Shown: positions 10,100-18,361 of the stretch, piece after piece
How positions within the stretch are numbered: position 1 is the first letter of the stretch
How the letters are laid out: every line of letters begins with the position of its first letter
Source of the DNA: Chitinophagales bacterium
GTDB lineage: Bacteria > Bacteroidota > Bacteroidia > Chitinophagales > JADIYW01
Direction of reading: 5' to 3'
NCBI GenBank assembly: GCA_965216955.1
Contig: CBDCGV010000016.1
Span: 13,592-77,591, forward strand
DNA length: 64,000 nucleotides
Position numbers and translations under genes: made by a program
The notes under the pieces: model-generated
Told to the model about the DNA's origin: nothing
Databases searched by the model: none
Seen by the model: only the letters and a program-made list of their open reading frames with translations

Positions 10100-10390
10100 T
10101 TAATTTGTAAGCATTATGTCGTCTATATAATAAACAGAACCGTCGGCTGGCCCGTTATCTACATCATCTGGAATTATAACAAACTTATCATAAACATTTG
10201 TTCCAGATGTAAATGGCTGATCGTTAAAATCAAATGTTAACTCTGTCCATGCATTAGCATTTGTGATAGTAGCTGTTTTTTGATAAGTTACAATTGGCCC
10301 CTGATTACCTTCCTTTTCTATTTGAAATCTTACAACCACATTCGCTTTTGGCGACCAAATTTTCATTTTAAACACCTTAGTCGTGGTCAT
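10100..10390 (-). CDS. C-terminal fragment of the upstream glycan-binding lipoprotein, separated from it by a frameshift
   Basis: The 96-aa ORF MTTTKVFKMKIWSPKANVVVRFQIEKEGNQG... matches the second half of an internal module of ORF 10392-14987 (DMTTNKVFKMKIWSPKANVIVRFQIEKEGNQG...). It has no signal peptide of its own. Confidence 0.7.
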   Translation of the reverse strand: MTTTKVFKMKIWSPKANVVVRFQIEKEGNQGPIVTYQKTATITNANAWTELTFDFNDQPFTSGTNVYDKFVIIPDDVDNGPADGSVYYIDDIMLTN

Positions 10391-10391
10391 A

Positions 10392-13300
10392 TCAAAATTT
10401 GACGGAAAAAATGTGAAAAATACCTGAATACCAAGCGGCCCCAGATACTTTGTTAAATTGATACACTTTATCCGTCGTATTAATCCCTGTCTTATTAGGA
10501 TTTTCTGCTGGAAACCCTGTTACACCATCACCATCTTCAAACACTCCCGATAAATTCTCACAGTTCTCAAAATCAATTGGGAAAGTCGTCAAATTAGGAG
10601 CTTGTGGTGTAGAACATCCTCCAGAACTTGAAGTTTTATAGAAATAGATATTGTCTATCCAGATATTTGATGGATTCGTGCCTCCTTGTCCATCAAATTT
10701 TAATTGTAAAATATCTCCAAAAGATACACCTGTGAAATCTGAAAGTGGAATATCATAGCTGTTCCATTCGCCAGAAGTAATTGGCGTCAGGTTTACTAAA
10801 AACTCCCCTGTACTTGCACTTATTGGTGTGAACTTAATATCCGTCGCATCAGCCGTCCATACATCGATATGTACAAACTCCATCGAAGACATATCTTCAT
10901 TACCCGTAAACTGGGTTCCCTGATAATTAAAGTTATCGTACTTCAACGTATTGTTACCTGAAACACTCACCTGACTTGCTGATCCTGATTGTCCCCAATT
11001 TGGATTAAAGTCCGATACATTTATATCTGTATAGGCATCACTAAATACAGAGATTACATCTGCTGCGTCTCGTGTTGGTGTTGGTGCTGCTGTTGTTGGC
11101 TCTGTTGCCGAACTTGGCTCCTTATAAAAGTAGATATTGTCTATCCAGATATTTGATGGATTCGTACCTCCTTGTCCATCAAATTTTAATTGTAAAATAT
11201 CTCCAAAAGATACACCTGTGAAATCTGAAAGTGGAATATCATAGCTGTTCCATTCGCCAGAAGTAATTGGCGTCAGGTTTACTAAAAATTCCCCTGTGCT
11301 TGCACTTATTGGTGTGAACTTAATATCCGTCGCATCAGCCGTCCATACATCGATATGTACAAACTCCATCGAGGACATATCTTCATTACCCGTAAACTGG
11401 GTTCCCTGATAATTAAAGTTATCATACTTCAACGTATTGTTACCTGAAACACTCACCTGACTTGCTGATCCTGATTGTCCCCAATTTGGATTAAAGTCCG
11501 ACACATTTATATCTGTATAGGCGTCACTAAATACAGAGATCACATCTGCTGCGTCTCGTGTTGGTGTTGGTGCTGCTGTTGTTGGCTCTGTTGCCGAACT
11601 TGGCTCCTTATAAAAGTAGATATTGTCTATCCAGATATTTGATGGATTCGTACCTCCTTGTCCATCAAATTTTAATTGTAAAATATCTCCAAAAGATACA
11701 CCTGTGAAATCTGAAAGTGGAATATCATAGCTGTTCCATTCGCCAGAAGTAATTGGCGTCAGGTTTACTAAAAACTCCCCTGTACTTGCACTTATTGGTG
11801 TGAACTTAATATCCGTCGCATCAGCCGTCCATACATCGATATGTACAAACTCCATCGAGGACATATCTTCATTACCCGTAAACTGGGTTCCCTGATAATT
11901 AAAGTTATCATACTTCAACGTATTGTTACCTGAAACACTCACCTGACTTGCTGATCCTGATTGTCCCCAATTTGGATCCGACACATTTATATCTGTATAG
12001 GCATCACTAAATACAGAGATCACATCTGCTGCGTCTCGTGTTGGTGTTGGTGCTGCTGTTGTTGGCTCTGTTGCCGAACTTGGCTCCTTATAAAAGTAGA
12101 TATTGTCTATCCAGATATTTGATGGATTCGTGCCTCCTTGTCCATCAAATTTTAATTGTAAAATATCTCCAAAAGATACACCTGTGAAATCTGAAAGTGG
12201 AATATCATAGCTGTTCCATTCGCCAGAAGTAATTGGCGTCAGGTTTACTAAAAATTCCCCTGTGCTTGCACTTATTGGTGTGAACTTAATATCCGTCGCA
12301 TCAGCCGTCCATACATCGATATGTACAAACTCCATCGAGGACATATCTTCATTACCCGTAAACTGAGTTCCCTGATAATTAAAGTTATCGTACTTCAACG
12401 TATTGTTACCTGAAACACTCACCTGACTTGCTGATCCTGATTGTCCCCAATTTGGATTAAAGTCCGACACATTTATATCTGTATAGGCATCACTAAATAC
12501 AGAGATCACATCTGCTGCGTCTCGTGTTGGTGTTGGTGCTGCTGTTGTTGGCTCTGTTGGTGTTGAACCTCCTGTTGTAAGCTCAATATCATCAATGTAA
12601 TAAATAGAACCATCAGCAGGTCCATTATCCTCATCATCAGGAATAATGACAATTTTATCATATTCTATTGGTCCAGTTAACGCATCACCAGAAAAATCAA
12701 AGGTTAACTCTGTCCATGTATTTGCAGTTGCAACGGTTTGCGTTTTATTGAAAGTAGCGATTGGTCCTTGATTCCCTTCTTTTTCAATTTGAAATCTTAC
12801 AATCACATTTGCTTTTGGTGACCAAATCTTCATTTTAAAGACTTTGTTGGTCGTCATGTCAAAATTTGACGGAAAAATGTGAAATAGACCAGAATACCAT
12901 GCCGCTCCAGAAACTTTATTTAATTGATACACTTTATCTGATGTATTAATCCCTGTCTTATCAGGATTCTCTATTGGTGCACCTGTTACTCCATCTCCTG
13001 ATTCAAACACTCCAGAAAGATCCTCACAATTCTCAAAATCAATTGGTAAAGATGTCAAACTTGGACTTTGAGGTGTAGAACAATCTCCACCTGTACTTGA
13101 AGTTTTATAGAAATAAATATTATCTATCCAGATGTTAGATGGATTGGTTCCCCCTTGTCCATCAAATTTTAATTGACCTACTTGACTAAAATCTACATCA
13201 GTAAATTCCGATAGTGGAATATCATAACTTACCCATTGTCCTGAAGTAATTGGCGTTAAACCAACCAATGTTTCGCCGTCTCCGATAGGTGTGAATTTTA

Positions 13301-14987
13301 CATCTGTGGCATCAGTCGTCCACATATCAATATGTACAAACTCCATATCTGACAAGTCTTCATTACCTGTAAACTGAGTACCTTGATAATTGAAATTGTC
13401 ATATTTCAAAGTATTGTTACCATCTACACTGACCTGACTTGCTGCACCTGATTGCCCCCAGTTAGGATTAAAATCTGATACACCAATATTTGTATATGCA
13501 TCACTAAATACAGAAATCACATCTGCCGCATCACGTGTTGGTGTAGGTGCCGCTTCTGTCGGTCCATTATTACCTACATCTTCATTTCCTATATAGAAGT
13601 AAATGTTATCTACAAAAACATTTGGTATATCTCCAGACAATACTATTAGCGCTAATTTTGTTTTTGTACTTGGTAGTGGAATATCTAAGCTTACCCATTC
13701 TCCCGTCTCCAAAGCCGGACTCATAAAAGTAGTTTCAGAAACGATATCATCGCCACCACCTATAGCTCCATCTGGACCTGCATCAAATACTTCAATCTTA
13801 AACTGCTTACCAGCGGTTTCGTCCGGTGTCCAAATATCCATATGTAAATGTGTCATTTCAGAAGCATCTACTGTAGGATTGGCAAATTGAATACCTACAA
13901 AATTGAGCAACTTATACCTTATCATATCGTCTCCATCGACTTGTGGATAATCCTCTACCGTAGTAGAACCATCACCTGTCCAATATCCATTAAAGAAATC
14001 TACCGGTACATTGTTATAAACATTACTATACAAAGAAATTACACTATCGGAATTAACAGTTGGCACAGGAGCTGTTGGCGGTAATATAGCCTCTCCTGTT
14101 GACACAATAGCTAATGACCCCACAGCATCAACATCTCCCATTTTGGCTGTTATTACTGCAGTACCTGCATCAAGTACCATTGCTACACCTAGGCTACTAA
14201 CCGTAGCAACAGATGTTTCAGAAGATGTGAATGTCAAATACGAAGGTGAAATTTCGACCAATTGTTCGATGTCGTCTAATAGACTAACTGTTAAAATCAA
14301 TTCTTCAACAGTTATATTCTGACCTGTTTCAGCACTTACTGTATCATTTCTTTTTCCTTGAATACCAGCTTCATAGTGTGCCAATGTACCTAAACTTTCA
14401 AATTGAACTTCATCAACCCAAAAGGAATATCCTGCTCCATTGTCATTTAAAGTTCCATCTGAAAAAAAGAATAATCCTTTTTCTTGAATAAGTTTAGATG
14501 GATCTGGAATTGGAATAATCACTTTTTCCCATGCAGTGCTAACTTTCAAATCCTTTAAAGTCACCCTATATTCAGAATCCCCCTCACCAAACTCATCACC
14601 AAATCCTAATTGATCTATTGTAGCAGATTGAGAAGCTCTTACCCAAAAAGTAAGTGCATTAAACCCTGACAAATCACGTCCATCCGCCACATAAAAAGCA
14701 CCCCCAGCATAATTACCGGTTGGATCATCTGGATTTGGAACATCAAACCTCATTGACGCCTCGCCATCATAAACAATATCATTATCCACCTGAAAAGCCG
14801 TTAATTTTGATCCTCCATAGGCACCATACTCTAAACCGCTACTAAATCCATCAATAAACACTTCTCCGTTGGTAGAGAAAGTTGCAGGATCTAAGTCATC
14901 AAAATCTCTTTTACAACTAATAATGACAGATGACAAGATAAATGTCATTAATAGAATAGTTACCGAAAAACTTCTTTTATTCCTCAT
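10392..14987 (-). CDS. Multi-module surface glycan-binding lipoprotein (CBM-like jelly-roll modules plus a Big_2-like Ig domain), truncated by a frameshift
   Basis: 1531 aa. Lipobox SSVIISCKRDFDDLD. Repeated modules of about 160 aa end in NPSNIWIDNIYFYK, and two modules of about 150 aa end in YYIDDI(E/M)LT. PT-rich linkers join them. The position after GH16 matches the SGBP slot of a PUL. Confidence 0.7.
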   Translation of the reverse strand: MRNKRSFSVTILLMTFILSSVIISCKRDFDDLDPATFSTNGEVFIDGFSSGLEYGAYGGSKLTAFQVDNDIVYDGEASMRFDVPNPDDPTGNYAGGAFYVADGRDLSGFNALTFWVRASQSATIDQLGFGDEFGEGDSEYRVTLKDLKVSTAWEKVIIPIPDPSKLIQEKGLFFFSDGTLNDNGAGYSFWVDEVQFESLGTLAHYEAGIQGKRNDTVSAETGQNITVEELILTVSLLDDIEQLVEISPSYLTFTSSETSVATVSSLGVAMVLDAGTAVITAKMGDVDAVGSLAIVSTGEAILPPTAPVPTVNSDSVISLYSNVYNNVPVDFFNGYWTGDGSTTVEDYPQVDGDDMIRYKLLNFVGIQFANPTVDASEMTHLHMDIWTPDETAGKQFKIEVFDAGPDGAIGGGDDIVSETTFMSPALETGEWVSLDIPLPSTKTKLALIVLSGDIPNVFVDNIYFYIGNEDVGNNGPTEAAPTPTRDAADVISVFSDAYTNIGVSDFNPNWGQSGAASQVSVDGNNTLKYDNFNYQGTQFTGNEDLSDMEFVHIDMWTTDATDVKFTPIGDGETLVGLTPITSGQWVSYDIPLSEFTDVDFSQVGQLKFDGQGGTNPSNIWIDNIYFYKTSSTGGDCSTPQSPSLTSLPIDFENCEDLSGVFESGDGVTGAPIENPDKTGINTSDKVYQLNKVSGAAWYSGLFHIFPSNFDMTTNKVFKMKIWSPKANVIVRFQIEKEGNQGPIATFNKTQTVATANTWTELTFDFSGDALTGPIEYDKIVIIPDDEDNGPADGSIYYIDDIELTTGGSTPTEPTTAAPTPTRDAADVISVFSDAYTDINVSDFNPNWGQSGSASQVSVSGNNTLKYDNFNYQGTQFTGNEDMSSMEFVHIDVWTADATDIKFTPISASTGEFLVNLTPITSGEWNSYDIPLSDFTGVSFGDILQLKFDGQGGTNPSNIWIDNIYFYKEPSSATEPTTAAPTPTRDAADVISVFSDAYTDINVSDPNWGQSGSASQVSVSGNNTLKYDNFNYQGTQFTGNEDMSSMEFVHIDVWTADATDIKFTPISASTGEFLVNLTPITSGEWNSYDIPLSDFTGVSFGDILQLKFDGQGGTNPSNIWIDNIYFYKEPSSATEPTTAAPTPTRDAADVISVFSDAYTDINVSDFNPNWGQSGSASQVSVSGNNTLKYDNFNYQGTQFTGNEDMSSMEFVHIDVWTADATDIKFTPISASTGEFLVNLTPITSGEWNSYDIPLSDFTGVSFGDILQLKFDGQGGTNPSNIWIDNIYFYKEPSSATEPTTAAPTPTRDAADVISVFSDAYTDINVSDFNPNWGQSGSASQVSVSGNNTLKYDNFNYQGTQFTGNEDMSSMEFVHIDVWTADATDIKFTPISASTGEFLVNLTPITSGEWNSYDIPLSDFTGVSFGDILQLKFDGQGGTNPSNIWIDNIYFYKTSSSGGCSTPQAPNLTTFPIDFENCENLSGVFEDGDGVTGFPAENPNKTGINTTDKVYQFNKVSGAAWYSGIFHIFSVKF
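10630..12565 (-). repeat. Four near-identical in-frame tandem repeats (486, 486, 480 and 486 bp) encoding a CBM-like module
   Basis: The landmark gatattgtctatccagat recurs at 10647, 11133, 11619 and 12099, spaced 486, 486 and 480 bp. One unit carries a 6-bp deletion near 11975 (SDPNWG versus SDFNPNWG). Confidence 0.9.
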
Positions 14988-15019
14988 TTGTGAAATTTTA
15001 TTAATTATTATTTATTTTC

Positions 15020-18000
15020 TTATTTACCTATACTGAATTGGAAATATGTTCTGATTTCCCATTCTCTTCCATTATCAAACCCAATTGCATCAGGATCGCA
15101 TACCACAGCACCCGTTGCATCTACTTGTTGTGTAGGACAATATCTAGGTGAATACTGATTCAGAGATCTCCATGTATAACTTATTCCAATTCTTGTATCT
15201 GGCTTAATAAACCACGATGGTTTACCTACCGTTGTAGACAAATCAAACTTTAATTGTACAGGGAAAGTTTGATTAAAATCTCGATGGTAATCGTAAGGCC
15301 CCCAATCATTTACTTTAACGCTAGAAATTAACTTAGCCTTTTTATATATCATTCTTAAGTCTGTTCCGAATCGCTTAATTAATCGCTCATCGCTTCCATT
15401 TGACTGTCCATTTCCTCCATATATGTTTGCAATAAATCCAAAGTCTGGACTTATTTTAGAAACAATGCGTGTATTGACTTCCCATAAATCTTCTGCCGGT
15501 GGTGCTCCCGAAAATGGAAAGTTTCCACCATCTGCAAAGGTTCCTATAGCGGCATCTTGCGTAGTAGGATGATGTTTAAATACCACCCCTGCACTCATTG
15601 CAAACTTCGCATCTTCTGCTTCATCATTATTCCATTCATACATCCATGTAGCAGGTGTAGGATCGAAAGTGATTAATAATTCTCCACCAATCGTTTCTCT
15701 ATTACTTCTAACAACGAAAGGATCATCTAAAATATTTCTTGCTCTTCCAGGAGCCGCAACATCTCCAGAAATTGGACCTACAACTGGTTTTTGCCATAAG
15801 AAGTTAGGTGCAATTTGGAAATTTCCAAACCCTAATGTAAACCCTGTTAAAAAGTTATATTGATTTCCACTACCACTGTCTTTCAATCTCCAACCTGTAA
15901 AAGTCTGGGTATAATCACCGCCTCCATTGGCTACTAACCCCATGGCAGCACCTTGCATATACCAGTTAAACATACCTTTTGAGAAAGTAAATTTCCCCTT
16001 AATACCAAAGGCATCCTTAGCTTCAATTTCATCTTGGTACACCGTTCCATCTGAATCATCTACAATTTGGAAGCTTCTACCAACTAAAGGCTGGCCTCCC
16101 CAAATACCACCAAGCTCGATACCTACGGGTCCGAATTCTCTTTCGGCATGCAATGTTAATCGTCTTGTTTTAGGAGCAGGAATACTAAAAGATCGTTGAT
16201 TATCACCATTTTGTGTTCCAATATCCTCATGAAAAATTGCAGTTAACTGCGTCTTTTTAATATGTCTAGAATACTTTAAGAGTAATGCTGGATTTGCTCC
16301 CCACCATAATTCAGGTCCTATTGCAGCTTTTAATCCTTTTGCTTTTTTCTTTCCTTCAATTTCGATTCCGATTGGAGCATTGCCATTATAGATATCTAAA
16401 TTCGGTCCATAATTCGCTTCTGGATACAATCCAAAAAAGTCTCCTTCATACCCCCAATGATAATGTCCTACTCGATAAAACCCTTTTAAGTCAAAATATT
16501 TGTGGTTCCAACTAAACTCTGCATTGTATACCTGAAAACGCTTAACATCTTCTAATTCTGTAGTACCATTAGGTGTCGAAACGGTTACAGGAAGCCCTCT
16601 ATTTTCATAAAATATTTCATTGATCGGATTATTAGGAATATTACCTAAAACATTAAAATTCACACTAGCTCTAACATTTGGTGTAGGCATAGCCTCTACT
16701 CCAAAATAAAAAGATTGTAAGTGGTCAAATCCAACTTCATCTCGATCATTTTCATCAGATATCTCAATATTTTTACCTCCTGTGTTAATTGTTGCCATAT
16801 CAATTCTCAAATCACTCATACGCACCTTACTGCCTTTTTCACCAGTTAAAGCAGCTTTATCTCCTCTTGCTCTCAGTACTGCATCTGCCAATTGAATATT
16901 AGAAAAATAATTATTTATATATGCTAGTGAAGCTCCTTCTGCATATGGATTTAATCTATGTGCCTCTTTCAAAGCGTAATAGGCCGCTCGAGGATACAAT
17001 TGATATATTCCTCGCGCATCTGTTTCACCTTTAGCACAAACGCCAAACCACTCTTCATTCATATTATTTTCTCCTTCCGAATAGTCATTTCGGTATCCCC
17101 CATTACTCCAAGAGGCATTATTATCGTGAACACTTAGATTTTTAGTTTGTCCGTATTTCCACCAGCCATCACTAAATTGAAAAGTAAAACCTCCTAAAGA
17201 ATTACCTGTCTTTCCTAAGCCAGCAGCATTTTCATAAATTTCCTTCCAATTCTCAACCATATAGAATGCCTGAGCTTGTTGATCTTCTGAATTAGATATG
17301 GCGTTAAAAGCATCCGCACCAAATTCTGTAAAAAGAATAGGCTTATTCAACTCCTCTTTTACTTTCTGAAAAGCATCTCCAAAAGATGATCCACGATACA
17401 TATTGGTACCAAATATGTCAATGTCTTTACATTCTTCTTTGATAATATCTAGGAACAACAAATCACCATTACAAATTGCAACCGGGTGATTTTTGTCAAT
17501 GGCTTTCATTTCTACCACAGCTTCATTGAATAATTTATACATGTGGCGTGCTCTTATTGTAGATTTTCTATCCTCAATAGGAATATCTTCCGTTTCTGCC
17601 CCTCCCCAGAAAAGGCCATAATTATTTTCATTACCCAATAAATAAAGAAGCAATCCAGGTGTACCTTTATAAGATTCAGCCATCTGCTTTACTTCAGAAA
17701 TCAATAATTCCTTTGCACGTGGATCAGAATATTCGGTATTACCAACCCAGCTTCCAGATAAAGTCAAACCATAACGACCAAATGAATGGTTAAGCATGGT
17801 ATATATTCCATATTTTTCGTAAATATATTTTATCCATTTTGCAGGAACACCAGTGTATACTCTAATTGCATTGACGCCCATATTTTTCAATAAAGACATT
17901 TCAGCATCAAGAGCCGCTCTAATAACATCATCAGACTGTTTCCACAAACTATAATTGTAATTGGTTCCAATGGGAAAGTAATCCCAATTCATACCATTAA

Positions 18001-18181
18001 CCATAAAATCGTCGCCATTCACGACCAATTTCATACCTGATTCATTATTTACAATAGCTACCTCATTGGTTTGTGCCATCCCAACAGTAACTAAAAAAGA
18101 GAAAATAATGCTTAGAAAAGTATTTCGTACCATATTCATATTTATATTAAGGTTTAACAACGAGACTGTCCTTTTGTTCAT
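15020..18181 (-). CDS. Secreted clan GH-A (beta/alpha)8 glycosidase domain fused to a roughly 600-aa putative outer-membrane beta-barrel
   Basis: 1053 aa with a signal peptide (..FLVTVGMAQ). It has LLGNENNYG (acid/base Glu) and PILFTEFGAD (nucleophile Glu). The C-terminal half is Gly/aromatic-rich with alternating-polarity strands and ends REWEIRTYFQFSIGK. The start may instead be one of the internal Mets at 18139 or 18133. Confidence 0.55.
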   Translation of the reverse strand: MNKRTVSLLNLNINMNMVRNTFLSIIFSFLVTVGMAQTNEVAIVNNESGMKLVVNGDDFMVNGMNWDYFPIGTNYNYSLWKQSDDVIRAALDAEMSLLKNMGVNAIRVYTGVPAKWIKYIYEKYGIYTMLNHSFGRYGLTLSGSWVGNTEYSDPRAKELLISEVKQMAESYKGTPGLLLYLLGNENNYGLFWGGAETEDIPIEDRKSTIRARHMYKLFNEAVVEMKAIDKNHPVAICNGDLLFLDIIKEECKDIDIFGTNMYRGSSFGDAFQKVKEELNKPILFTEFGADAFNAISNSEDQQAQAFYMVENWKEIYENAAGLGKTGNSLGGFTFQFSDGWWKYGQTKNLSVHDNNASWSNGGYRNDYSEGENNMNEEWFGVCAKGETDARGIYQLYPRAAYYALKEAHRLNPYAEGASLAYINNYFSNIQLADAVLRARGDKAALTGEKGSKVRMSDLRIDMATINTGGKNIEISDENDRDEVGFDHLQSFYFGVEAMPTPNVRASVNFNVLGNIPNNPINEIFYENRGLPVTVSTPNGTTELEDVKRFQVYNAEFSWNHKYFDLKGFYRVGHYHWGYEGDFFGLYPEANYGPNLDIYNGNAPIGIEIEGKKKAKGLKAAIGPELWWGANPALLLKYSRHIKKTQLTAIFHEDIGTQNGDNQRSFSIPAPKTRRLTLHAEREFGPVGIELGGIWGGQPLVGRSFQIVDDSDGTVYQDEIEAKDAFGIKGKFTFSKGMFNWYMQGAAMGLVANGGGDYTQTFTGWRLKDSGSGNQYNFLTGFTLGFGNFQIAPNFLWQKPVVGPISGDVAAPGRARNILDDPFVVRSNRETIGGELLITFDPTPATWMYEWNNDEAEDAKFAMSAGVVFKHHPTTQDAAIGTFADGGNFPFSGAPPAEDLWEVNTRIVSKISPDFGFIANIYGGNGQSNGSDERLIKRFGTDLRMIYKKAKLISSVKVNDWGPYDYHRDFNQTFPVQLKFDLSTTVGKPSWFIKPDTRIGISYTWRSLNQYSPRYCPTQQVDATGAVVCDPDAIGFDNGREWEIRTYFQFSIGK

Positions 18182-18270
18182 TTTTTGTTAAGACAGCGTT
18201 AAGGTATGGTTTCCACAACAATAAGACATTACGATTACACTTCACAAACAGATAATTCAACAGCATTTTA

Positions 18271-18320
18271 ACTCACACTGCTTTTAACCACCTACTCATT
18301 TACTACTCAAAGACTACTCA
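18271..18320 (+). promoter_or_regulatory. Phased ACTCA/TACTCA direct repeats in the divergent control region (candidate operator)
   Basis: TACTCA occurs at 18293, 18304 and 18315, exactly 11 bp apart, and ACTCA occurs at 18271. The motifs lie 40-90 bp upstream of the regulator ATG at 18362. Confidence 0.3.
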
Positions 18321-18361
18321 CTTCTGGTTTTTTCTCCTAACTTTAGGAATAATACGTAACT

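Noticed and set aside
10388-10394. Stop/start juxtaposition (TGATATG) and the T6 run considered as programmed frameshifting or reinitiation
   Set aside because: There is no recognisable slippery heptamer or stimulatory structure, and T6 is short for efficient transcriptional slippage. A mutation or homopolymer sequencing error is more parsimonious.
10630-12565. Regular tandem repeats considered as a possible CRISPR array (and likewise 26805-28868)
   Set aside because: The units are 480-486 bp and 258 bp, contiguous with no unique spacers, and in frame within long ORFs. No cas genes are present. They are protein-module repeats.
15020-18181. 1053-aa outer-membrane candidate considered as a SusC-like TonB-dependent transporter
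   Set aside because: The size is similar, but the N-terminus is a clan GH-A glycosidase domain with both catalytic Glu motifs. I saw no CarboxypepD_reg/plug region or TonB box, and no SusD-like gene follows.
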